This document shows positions 16,866-24,090 of a DNA stretch of 32,735 bases, in pieces. The stretch is from Methanomicrobiales archaeon (GTDB lineage: Archaea; Halobacteriota; Methanomicrobia; Methanomicrobiales; JACTUA01): positions 1-32,735 of the forward strand of contig DATGDI010000041.1 in NCBI GenBank assembly GCA_035310965.1, written 5' to 3'. The notes under the pieces were generated by a model. It worked only from the letters and a program-made list of their open reading frames with translations. It was not told where the DNA came from and did not search any database. Both the position numbers and the translations under genes were made by a program. Position 1 is the first letter of the stretch, and each line of letters starts with the position of its first letter.

Positions 16866-16957
16866 TTGGGCAGCGATGAAGTTCGGATCATGAGATAGTT
16901 TGAGAATCTTGATGTTTTTTCTTCAGGATTTGCGCCATAAGGGCACCGGCCGCTCGG

Positions 16958-17692
16958 TCACGAAGAGAGATTTTCCGTCCCCCTCCTCTCCCTGACCTTT
17001 CCGAGGACCTCCCAGATGCTGTCGCGCTCGAGGAGGATCCAGTACCTCTTCAGTTCTTCTTCGGCGTGGCGGTAATCGGGGAAGAACTCCGCGACCCTCC
17101 TCCAGTACCTCCGGGAATGGTTCGGTTCCAGGAGATGGGCGAGCTCGTGGACTACCAGGTAGTCCCGGATGTCATCGGGGAGGGCGAGGACCCGGAGGTT
17201 GACGCTGATCCTCCCGGCAGGGGAGCAGCTCGCCCACCGGCTCCGCTGCTCCCGGACGGAGAGGCCCGTGAACCCGACCCTCATCCGGATGGCATGGGCC
17301 TCCAGGCGGGGGAGAAGCGAACCCCGGAGCCGGTCCTTCAGGAAGGCCTTGAGATCCCCCGGGGTCGTGTAGGTGATCCCCCCCTCCTCCGCCCTGATCC
17401 CGCAGGAGGGGCCGTTCTCGAGCCGGAAAAACCTCCCGCCGAGGAGGATCCGTCCCTCCTGCCCCTCCCGGTCCCGGGAGATCTCCCGGATCTCCCTCCT
17501 CTTCCGCTCGATCCAGGCGAGGTTGGGCTCGATGAGGGAGGGGATGTGGGTGCCCGGCGGGGCGGTGACCTGGACGGTACCGGAGGGGAGGACCCGGATG
17601 GTCGGGCGGAGGACATCCGCCTCCCGGATTTCCAGGTCGAGGCCGTCCGGAGGCACGGGGGTGTCACCGGGTAAGGGAGGCGATGATGGCAT
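16958..17692 (-). CDS. DUF45/YgjP-like (M48-type) zinc metallohydrolase
   Basis: HELAHLLEPNHSRRYW (HExxH...) near the C-terminus and overall YgjP-like length. The ATG at 17692 overlaps the wrbA end by 29 nt. A GTG 36 nt downstream would remove the overlap. Confidence 0.82.
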   Translation of the reverse strand: MPSSPPLPGDTPVPPDGLDLEIREADVLRPTIRVLPSGTVQVTAPPGTHIPSLIEPNLAWIERKRREIREISRDREGQEGRILLGGRFFRLENGPSCGIRAEEGGITYTTPGDLKAFLKDRLRGSLLPRLEAHAIRMRVGFTGLSVREQRSRWASCSPAGRISVNLRVLALPDDIRDYLVVHELAHLLEPNHSRRYWRRVAEFFPDYRHAEEELKRYWILLERDSIWEVLGKVRERRGTENLSS

Positions 17693-18308
17693 CCCGGTGA
17701 GGCGTGATCCTCGATGCGACGAGGGCGACGTACCTTCCCTGGAACCTCGCCCCCGCGAGCTCGTTTTCCGTCGGCCAGCGCTCCCCGCCCGACCCGGCGA
17801 TGGTGGAGGCCCCGTAGGGGGAGCAGCCGGTGATCTCGTCCAGCCGGCTCTGGCCGGCGAAGAGGTAGGGGAGCCCGACGACGATCATCCCGTGGTGGAG
17901 GAGGGTCGTGTGGAAGGAGAGGATGGTGGACTCCTGGCCGCCGTGCTGGGTCGCCGAGGAGGTGAAGACCGAGCCCACCTTCCCGGCGAGGGCCCCCTGG
18001 ACCCAGAGGGATCCGGTCGCGTCCAGGAACTGGCGCATCTGCCCGCACATATTCCCGTACCGGGTCGGGGTCCCGAAGACGATGGCATCGTAATTCCCGA
18101 GCTCACCCCTTTCGCAGACGGGGACATGGGAGAAGGCCTTCTGGGCCTTGAACGCCCCGGTTTTCTCGAGCACCTCCGGAGGAAGAGTCTCGGGTACCCT
18201 CCGCATCTCCACCGAGACCCCGTCCACCCCCGAGGCCCCGGCCGCAATGGCCTCCGCGAGCCGGTGGACATGGCCGAGCATGGAATAATAGACAACGAGG
18301 ATCTTCAT
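17664..18308 (-). CDS. wrbA: NAD(P)H:quinone oxidoreductase, WrbA-type flavodoxin-like protein
   Basis: MKILVVYYSMLGHV..LAEAIA.GA, YDAIVFGTPTRYGNM..QM..FLD, GKVGSVFTSSATQHGGQE, GASTIAG motifs. Confidence 0.93.
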   Translation of the reverse strand: MKILVVYYSMLGHVHRLAEAIAAGASGVDGVSVEMRRVPETLPPEVLEKTGAFKAQKAFSHVPVCERGELGNYDAIVFGTPTRYGNMCGQMRQFLDATGSLWVQGALAGKVGSVFTSSATQHGGQESTILSFHTTLLHHGMIVVGLPYLFAGQSRLDEITGCSPYGASTIAGSGGERWPTENELAGARFQGRYVALVASRITPHRDAIIASLTR

Positions 18309-18382
18309 GGCAGGCTCACACTCTCCCGGGAATCAACGACAGTGTGTCTCGTCCCGGGATGAAAAGGGTTTCTCGGTCCGTT

Positions 18383-19522
18383 TTACTCCGGCTGGCCCCC
18401 GGGGGCGGAATGCGGGTTCCCCTCCGCCCGGCCAGGCCATACCTTCATTCCCTCGCTGTACCGGGCGGCAAAGGACCCGACGAGGGAGGTCGCGACCACG
18501 AGGATGGCCACCGTGGCCGAGATGGCCGCGGAACCGAAGACGGCGGCGAGGGCGATGGAGAACTCCCCCCGCCCGAGGGTGTTCGCCCCGATCTCGATCC
18601 CCGCGGGGACCGAGCCGTGGAGCCGCCACCCGACGAGGATCCCCGAGGCCATCTTGGACCCGAGGGCGAGGAGGCAGAGGACCGAGGCGACGAGGGGGGA
18701 GAACCCTCCCGAAAAGTCGATGGTGATCCCGAAGAAGACGAAGAAGAGGACGAGGAACACCTCCCGGAAGGGCTGGGAGAGCCGGTCGAGGGCAGAAGCG
18801 CTCGTCGCGGCGAGAGAGGAGCCGAGGATGATGGCCACGAGGGCATCGGGGATCTTCAGGAGCTTCGCGAGGTAGGTGGAGGAGATGACCGCCGTGAAGG
18901 TGAAGAGGGAAGGGAGGTCGTCGGTCCGGGCGAGGAGCGCATGGATGGGCCGCCGGAGGGCACGGACGACGAGGACGGTGGCCGCGAGGACCGCGACGGT
19001 GAGGAGGATGAACATCACCGGGTTCTCCGACTGGGCGGAAAAGACGGAGATGAGGAGGATCAGGAGCACATCCTCAAAGACCATCATCCAGACGATGGTC
19101 TCGGCCTCGGGGAGGATGAGCCTCCGGTTCTCGACAAGGGAGGCGATGGCCATCGCGGAGCTCGAGATGTAGAAGGCCGAGGCGAGGATGAAGGACTCGA
19201 GGGGGGGAAACCCGAGGAGGAAGGCGGCGGCAAGACCGACCGCGAGGTTCACGGAGAGGTCGATCCCCCCGGAGAGGAGGAGGGAGCGCCCCCGTTCCCG
19301 GAGGGACTTCGGGCGCATCTCCAGGCCGACGTAGAAGAGGAGGAAGATGAGCCCGAGGGAGGAGAGGTACTGGGAGTAGGCGTCGGAGGGAACCAGGGAG
19401 AGGCCGCTTTTCCCGATGGCGATTCCGGCGAGGATGTAGAAGGGGATGGGGGGCAGGGAGTACCGCTTGGAGAGGAGGGCGAGGATGAGGCAGAGGAAGA
19501 GGGCGAGGGCGATCTCTTCCAT
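18383..19522 (-). CDS. CPA2-family cation:proton antiporter, membrane domain only (KhtU/KefB-like)
   Basis: 379-aa polytopic membrane protein. LPPIPFYILAGIAIGKSGL...LFLLFYVGLEM... is typical of the Na+/H+-exchanger family. There is no fused RCK domain. Confidence 0.9.
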   Translation of the reverse strand: MEEIALALFLCLILALLSKRYSLPPIPFYILAGIAIGKSGLSLVPSDAYSQYLSSLGLIFLLFYVGLEMRPKSLRERGRSLLLSGGIDLSVNLAVGLAAAFLLGFPPLESFILASAFYISSSAMAIASLVENRRLILPEAETIVWMMVFEDVLLILLISVFSAQSENPVMFILLTVAVLAATVLVVRALRRPIHALLARTDDLPSLFTFTAVISSTYLAKLLKIPDALVAIILGSSLAATSASALDRLSQPFREVFLVLFFVFFGITIDFSGGFSPLVASVLCLLALGSKMASGILVGWRLHGSVPAGIEIGANTLGRGEFSIALAAVFGSAAISATVAILVVATSLVGSFAARYSEGMKVWPGRAEGNPHSAPGGQPE

Positions 19523-20007
19523 CAGTTCCCCAGGATCTGGTGCTCGAACTCTTCCAGCTGGTCGGTGTCCCCGATGGCGACCACGATGTCCCCGTTCTCG
19601 AAGGTGAAGGACGGGAGGGGGTTGATGATGTTCTTCCCCGCGCGGGAGACGGCGACGACCGTCGCACCGGTCTTGGTCCGCACCTGGAGCTCGGCGATGG
19701 ACCGGCCGGCGAGGTTCTTCCGGATGACGTAGGTGTGGACCCGGATCCGGAGGTCTGAGAGGGCCGAAAAGGCGATCTCGACCGCCTCCTTCTCGGCCTC
19801 GATGATGGCCCCCGAGAGGAGGCTCCCGAGCCTTCTCGCCTCCGCCGCGGTGAGCTCGGCCGCCGAGGGGGATCCCTTCCCCTTCTCGAGGACATAGAGC
19901 TGGAACTTCCGCGAGCCCATGAAGATGATGGCGACCCGGTCCCCCTTCTCAGTCTCAAGTTCGTATTTTGTCCCGATCCCGGGAAGCTCGATGCACCTGA
20001 CACCCAT
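19522..20007 (-). CDS. KhtT-like antiporter regulatory subunit (TrkA-C/RCK_C domain)
   Basis: This is the last 161 codons of the 19522..21831 ORF. MGVRCIELPGIGTKYELETEKGDRVAIIF parallels the B. subtilis KhtT N-terminus as I recall it. The C-terminal part is TrkA-C-like (LAGRSIAELQVRTKTGATVVAVSR...NGDIVVAIG). Its stop overlaps the antiporter ATG by 1 nt (TGATG). Confidence 0.82.
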   Translation of the reverse strand: MGVRCIELPGIGTKYELETEKGDRVAIIFMGSRKFQLYVLEKGKGSPSAAELTAAEARRLGSLLSGAIIEAEKEAVEIAFSALSDLRIRVHTYVIRKNLAGRSIAELQVRTKTGATVVAVSRAGKNIINPLPSFTFENGDIVVAIGDTDQLEEFEHQILGN

Positions 20008-20151
20008 ATGTGCAATGGTTGGAGAAAAAGGGATAAAATTCTTCTCTCTCGCCGAAAAGCCGCAACCGGGCTTTCCGGGGCCCCGGAACAGCGGGCCCAC
20101 CCCGGCTCCGGGGGGCGGGGAAGACGGGGGAGAGAGAAGTATTATTGGGAA

Positions 20152-20170
20152 CTTATAAAAAATAATAAAT
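20152..20170 (+). promoter_or_regulatory. AT-rich TATA-like region in a divergent promoter gap (sensor gene on +, khtT-like on -)
   Basis: CTTATAAAAAATAATAAAT lies 45-60 nt upstream of the ATG at 20215. A second A/T box (GGATAAAATT, 20031-20040) lies about 30 nt from the minus-strand ATG at 20007. Confidence 0.4.
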
Positions 20171-20214
20171 GAGCAAACAGGGCCCATCCCCCGTGCCCGG
20201 TGCCCGGAAAATAC

Positions 20215-22023
20215 ATGGATCTCCGCAGGAAGCTTCTCATCGTCGTCGGGGTCACCCTCATCTGTACCCTCATCGCCTTCTATGCCATCACCCACGGGGC
20301 CGTCCTCGGGGCCTTCGTCACCCTCGAGGAGAGGAATACCCAGCAGAACATGAACCGGTTCATGAACCTCCTCTCCGACGATCTCTCCTCCCTTGACTCC
20401 GTGGTGAGGGCCTGGGCGCCGAGGGACGACACCTACACCTTCCTTCGGGACGGGAACACCCAGTACATCGAGAAGAACTTCAGGGCCGAGACCTTCACGA
20501 GCAACCGGCTCAACTTCATGGTATTCCTGAACACATCGGGCGATATCTCCTATGCCAAGGCCTTTGACCTCTCCTCCGGGCAGGAAGAGTCCCTTCCGCC
20601 GAGCCTCGCCGGGATGGTCGCGGGAAACGAGATCCTCCGGTCCTTCTCCCAGAACGATGCGAGCCTCTCGGGTTTCCTCATGCTCGCCGAGGGGCCGGTG
20701 ATGGTAGCCTCCGCTCCCATCACCACGAAGAACTACGAGGGGGTGAGCCGGGGAACCCTGGTGGTGGGGAGGTTCCTCGACGATAATGAGATCCGGCGGA
20801 TCGCCCAGCTCACGAACCAGCAGGTCATGATGTACAGGCGGAGCGACCCCGGAAGCCCCGCTGACGTGCGGGAGGCCCAGCTGGAGCTCGACGGGGGCCG
20901 GACCATCTGGATCCAGCCGGACAGCCCGGGAACCATCGCCGGCTATGCCCCCGTGGAGGACCTCTACCACACCCCCATCCTCATCATCAAGACCCAGATC
21001 CCCCGGCAGATCTATGCCCAGGGCCAGGCAACCCTGGATTACTTCACCCTCTCGTACATCATCCTCATCCTCATCTTTGCCATCACCTTCCTGTACCTCC
21101 TCGACCGCTCCATCCTCTCCCCCATCTCCCTGCTCTCCACCGACGTGAAGAGGATCGGGATGACCCGGGACCTGTCGGCCCGGCTCCGGGTCGGGAAGGA
21201 GGAGAACGAGATCAGTAACCTCCAGGAGAACATCAACAAGACCCTCGCCGCCCTCGAGAAGGCCCAGGGACGCCTCCAGAAGAGCGAGGAGAAGAACCGG
21301 GCCCTCCTCGCCGCGGTCCCCGACCTCATGTGTCAGGTGAGGCGGGAGGGGATCCATGAGGAGTGGAACTCGGGAACGGCCGCCGAGCTCGGGGTGATGG
21401 CCCTCCACGAGCTCCTGGGGAACGAGCTCGAGGAGATAGAGGAGACCTTCGAGCTGATACCCCAGGAGGGACAGGGCCTGCCGGATGCCGGAGCCGGGAA
21501 CGGGGAGGTGTCGCCCGTCTTCATCTTCGAGTACAAGACGAAGGGGAAGGGTGGCATGCGGTACCACGAGATCCGGCTCGTGGTATCCGGGAAGGACGAG
21601 GTCCTCGCCATCGGGCGGGACATCACCGAGAGGAAGCAGGCTGAGGAGGAGCTGGAGCGGTACCGGGCCCGGCTCGAGGAGCTCGTGGGAGCGCGGACCC
21701 AGGCGCTCCAGCGCACGAACGAGCAGCTCAGGCAGGAAATCTTCCAGAGAAAGCTCATCGAGGGCCAGAAGAGGGAGGCCTACGAGCAGATCGAGAAGAA
21801 CATCGAGCAGTTCGCCATCCTCGGGGACCACATCCGGAATCCCCTCGCGGTCATCGTGGGCCTCGCGGACCTGACCGAGGGGGCGGAGGCGGCGAAGATC
21901 ATGGAGCAGGCCAGGGTCATCGACGGGATCATCAACCAGCTCGACCGGGGCTGGATCGAGTCCGAGAAGGTCCGGGAGTTCCTGAGAAGGTACTATTCGA
22001 ACGATAAGGACTCGGCGAAATAA
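20215..22023 (+). CDS. membrane sensor protein: TM - CHASE4-like - TM - HAMP - PAS - coiled coil - DHp (His-box), no HATPase domain
   Basis: MDLRRKLLIVVGVTLICTLIAF (TM1). RAWAPRDDTYTFLRDGN..YI..N resembles the CHASE4 WDDTY.F core. A second TM follows (LSYIILILIFAITFLYLL), then HAMP, then PAS ending in IGRDITERKQAEEEL. A His-box-like FAILGDHIRNPLAVIVGLADL comes about 58 aa before the stop. The ATG at 20215 is preferred over the GTG at 20200. Confidence 0.85.
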   Translation: MDLRRKLLIVVGVTLICTLIAFYAITHGAVLGAFVTLEERNTQQNMNRFMNLLSDDLSSLDSVVRAWAPRDDTYTFLRDGNTQYIEKNFRAETFTSNRLNFMVFLNTSGDISYAKAFDLSSGQEESLPPSLAGMVAGNEILRSFSQNDASLSGFLMLAEGPVMVASAPITTKNYEGVSRGTLVVGRFLDDNEIRRIAQLTNQQVMMYRRSDPGSPADVREAQLELDGGRTIWIQPDSPGTIAGYAPVEDLYHTPILIIKTQIPRQIYAQGQATLDYFTLSYIILILIFAITFLYLLDRSILSPISLLSTDVKRIGMTRDLSARLRVGKEENEISNLQENINKTLAALEKAQGRLQKSEEKNRALLAAVPDLMCQVRREGIHEEWNSGTAAELGVMALHELLGNELEEIEETFELIPQEGQGLPDAGAGNGEVSPVFIFEYKTKGKGGMRYHEIRLVVSGKDEVLAIGRDITERKQAEEELERYRARLEELVGARTQALQRTNEQLRQEIFQRKLIEGQKREAYEQIEKNIEQFAILGDHIRNPLAVIVGLADLTEGAEAAKIMEQARVIDGIINQLDRGWIESEKVREFLRRYYSNDKDSAK

Positions 22024-22210
22024 GAGAATATTTTTGGACCGGATCGATTTTTAGAGAAGCATCAAGGGGTTCAAAATTCCGGACCCTTTTTTAGGTTGGC
22101 ATCAGGGGGCTCATCCGCCCCCCGCCGTACGGTCACACCATCCGTAGGCTGGAATATGCGAGTGCGGTTTGCGGGAAGATCTGAGATCCGATGACAGGGC
22201 TATCCTCTCT

Positions 22211-22262
22211 GGGGGACGCCGTAGCGGCGGGGGTGAGCGGAGCGAACCCCCAGGAGCGTCCA
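22211..22262 (+). repeat. copy B of the ~52-nt conserved foldable element
   Basis: gggggacgccgtagcggcgggggtgagcggagcgaacccccaggagcgtcca. It lies in a 290-nt convergent intergenic region. See 16813-16865. Confidence 0.8.
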
Positions 22263-22313
22263 GGTATCACTGGACCCTTTTAACATTAAAATTAAGGATA
22301 AACCCCGGATCGC

Positions 22314-23105
22314 CTATACGATCAGCCTCTTCTTCATCAGGTTCACGGCGAGGATGAAGGCCACGGCCGCGACCCCGACGATCCACGCGAGGGAGAGGAG
22401 GATCTCGGGGGTGACCTGCGAGAGGGTGACCATTCTCGTGATCTTCACCACGTGGGTAAGGGGGAGGAAGGCGGTCGCAAAGACCTGGATGGGAGCAGGA
22501 AGGATGGTCAGGGGGAAGAAGGTTCCGGAGAAGAGGAACATGGGGGTGACGAAGAGGAAAGTGGGGAGGTTCAGGGTATCGATGTTCGGGGTGAGGGCCG
22601 TGAAGCACATGCCGATGGAGGCGAAGAGAAACCCGGCGAGGAAGGCGAAGGGGAGGATGGAGAGGGAGATGGGGAGGTCGACCACCCCGAAGAGGACGAG
22701 GACCGGGAGCATGATGGTCGCGTTGATGACGCTCCGGGTCGCCCCCCAGAGGATCTCCCCGGTGATCACCTCCTCGATGGAGAGGGGGGTCGCGATGATG
22801 GCGTCGAAGGTCTTCTGGAAGTACATCCGGACATAGGAGGCGTAGGTGGTCTCGAAGAAGCCGGCGTTCATGATGCTGATGGCGAGGAGGGCCGGGGCGA
22901 TGAACCGGGGATAGGAGACCCCGTTGATCTGGGAGACGAAGATCCCGAGGCCGTACCCGAGGGAGAGGAGGTACAGGAGCGGTTCGAGGAGGGGCGGCAG
23001 GAAGTTCACCCGGAAGGTTTTCACGAATACCTTCCGGTTCCGCTGCCAGACCCGGAGGGTTCTTCCGGTCAGGTGTGGTGGGGTGAGGTAGCCGAGCCGG
23101 CTCAT
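22314..23105 (-). CDS. ABC-2-type transporter permease (DrrB/NodJ-like)
   Basis: This is the last 263 codons of the 22314..23858 ORF, starting MSRLGYL. It has six hydrophobic segments. Its ATG overlaps the ATPase stop (ATGA). The upstream part of the track ORF overlaps the ATPase gene out of frame. Confidence 0.88.
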   Translation of the reverse strand: MSRLGYLTPPHLTGRTLRVWQRNRKVFVKTFRVNFLPPLLEPLLYLLSLGYGLGIFVSQINGVSYPRFIAPALLAISIMNAGFFETTYASYVRMYFQKTFDAIIATPLSIEEVITGEILWGATRSVINATIMLPVLVLFGVVDLPISLSILPFAFLAGFLFASIGMCFTALTPNIDTLNLPTFLFVTPMFLFSGTFFPLTILPAPIQVFATAFLPLTHVVKITRMVTLSQVTPEILLSLAWIVGVAAVAFILAVNLMKKRLIV

Positions 23106-24022
23106 TCCTTGAGCCTCCGCCCCGTGAGCTTCAGGAAGACGTCCTCGAGCCCGGCGGGTCGCGCCACCACCTCGATCTGGGTACACTCCTGCATGAGGGT
23201 CGCCGTGACCTCCCTCGGCGTTTCGGTGAACACCTGGACCCGCTCCCCGGCCACCTCGTACTTCGCCCCCATCTTCCCGAGGCAGGCGAGGACCTCGGGC
23301 CGGTTGTCCGCCTCCACGACGTCGATCCCGGCATGCTTCCGGACGAGGTCGGCCGGCCGGCCGATCTCGAGGATCTTCCCGAGGTCCATGATCACGATCC
23401 GGTCGCAGAGCTGGGCGGCTTCCTCCATGTAGTGCGTGGTGAGGACAATGGTGTTCCCCCGGGAACGGAGGGCCCGGAGCCGGTCCCAGATGAGGTGCCG
23501 GGCCTGGGGATCGAGGCCCACCGTCGGCTCGTCCAGGATGAGGAGCCGGGGATTGTTGATGAGGGCGCGCGCGAGGATGAGCCGCCGCTTCATCCCGCCC
23601 GAGAGCTTCTCGATGGAGGTGTCCCGACGCTCCGAGAGCTGGACGAACTCCAGGAGGCCGTCGATGGCCTCCCGGGCGGTGGAGGGGGGAATATCGAAGT
23701 AGCGGGAGTAGACCATGAGGTTCTCGTATACCGAGAAGTCGGGGTCCAGGTTCGTCTCCTGGGGTACGACCCCGATGAGGCCCTTGATCTCGGCAGGGTG
23801 GGCCGACACGTCCATGCCGAAGACCTCGAGCCTCCCCGAATCCTTCGGCGAGACGCACTGGATCATCCGCATCGTTGTCGTCTTACCGGCGCCGTTCGGA
23901 CCCAGGAACCCGAAGACCTCCCCCTCCCTCACCGTGAAGGTCACGCGGTCTACCGCGACAAAGTCCCCGAACCGCTTCTCGAGGTTCTCCGCGAGGATGA
24001 CGTCCGCCACGCCGGTCACCAA
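23102..24022 (-). CDS. ABC transporter ATP-binding protein (DrrA/NodI-like)
   Basis: Walker A GPNGAGKTT, Q-loop, signature LSGGMKRRL, Walker B LLILDEPT and an H-loop are present. The start is non-ATG (TTG 24022 or GTG 24019), so its exact position is uncertain. Confidence 0.93.
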   Translation of the reverse strand: MVTGVADVILAENLEKRFGDFVAVDRVTFTVREGEVFGFLGPNGAGKTTTMRMIQCVSPKDSGRLEVFGMDVSAHPAEIKGLIGVVPQETNLDPDFSVYENLMVYSRYFDIPPSTAREAIDGLLEFVQLSERRDTSIEKLSGGMKRRLILARALINNPRLLILDEPTVGLDPQARHLIWDRLRALRSRGNTIVLTTHYMEEAAQLCDRIVIMDLGKILEIGRPADLVRKHAGIDVVEADNRPEVLACLGKMGAKYEVAGERVQVFTETPREVTATLMQECTQIEVVARPAGLEDVFLKLTGRRLKE

Positions 24023-24090
24023 GCCCGATCCTTTCCCGGGTCATCGCGCGCCCTGATAAACCCTCCCCGCCCGGGAGGGGAGGAACGGGG

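Noticed and set aside
17373-19732. Plus-strand ORFs 17373..18362 and 18344..19732
   Set aside because: They are antisense to wrbA and the CPA2 antiporter gene. Their translations are extremely Gly/Glu/Asp/Arg-rich.
20008-21831. Upstream ~608 codons of the 769-aa minus-strand ORF ending at 19522
   Set aside because: This part is antisense to the well-supported sensor gene and crosses the AT-rich divergent promoter. Only the last 161 codons (KhtT-like) look like a real protein.
13108-22262. Integrated mobile element bounded by the two 52-nt direct repeats, with the integrase-like gene as its recombinase
   Set aside because: The integrase-like gene lies about 2.6 kb outside the left repeat, not inside the repeat-bounded segment. 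The genes between the repeats (metallohydrolase, WrbA, antiporter, sensor) look chromosomal. No tRNA target or third repeat copy is seen near 13000-14300.
23106-23858. Upstream extension of the ORF containing the ABC-2 permease
   Set aside because: It overlaps the ABC ATPase gene out of frame, with an Arg/Pro/Gly-rich translation. The permease starts at the ATG that overlaps the ATPase stop.
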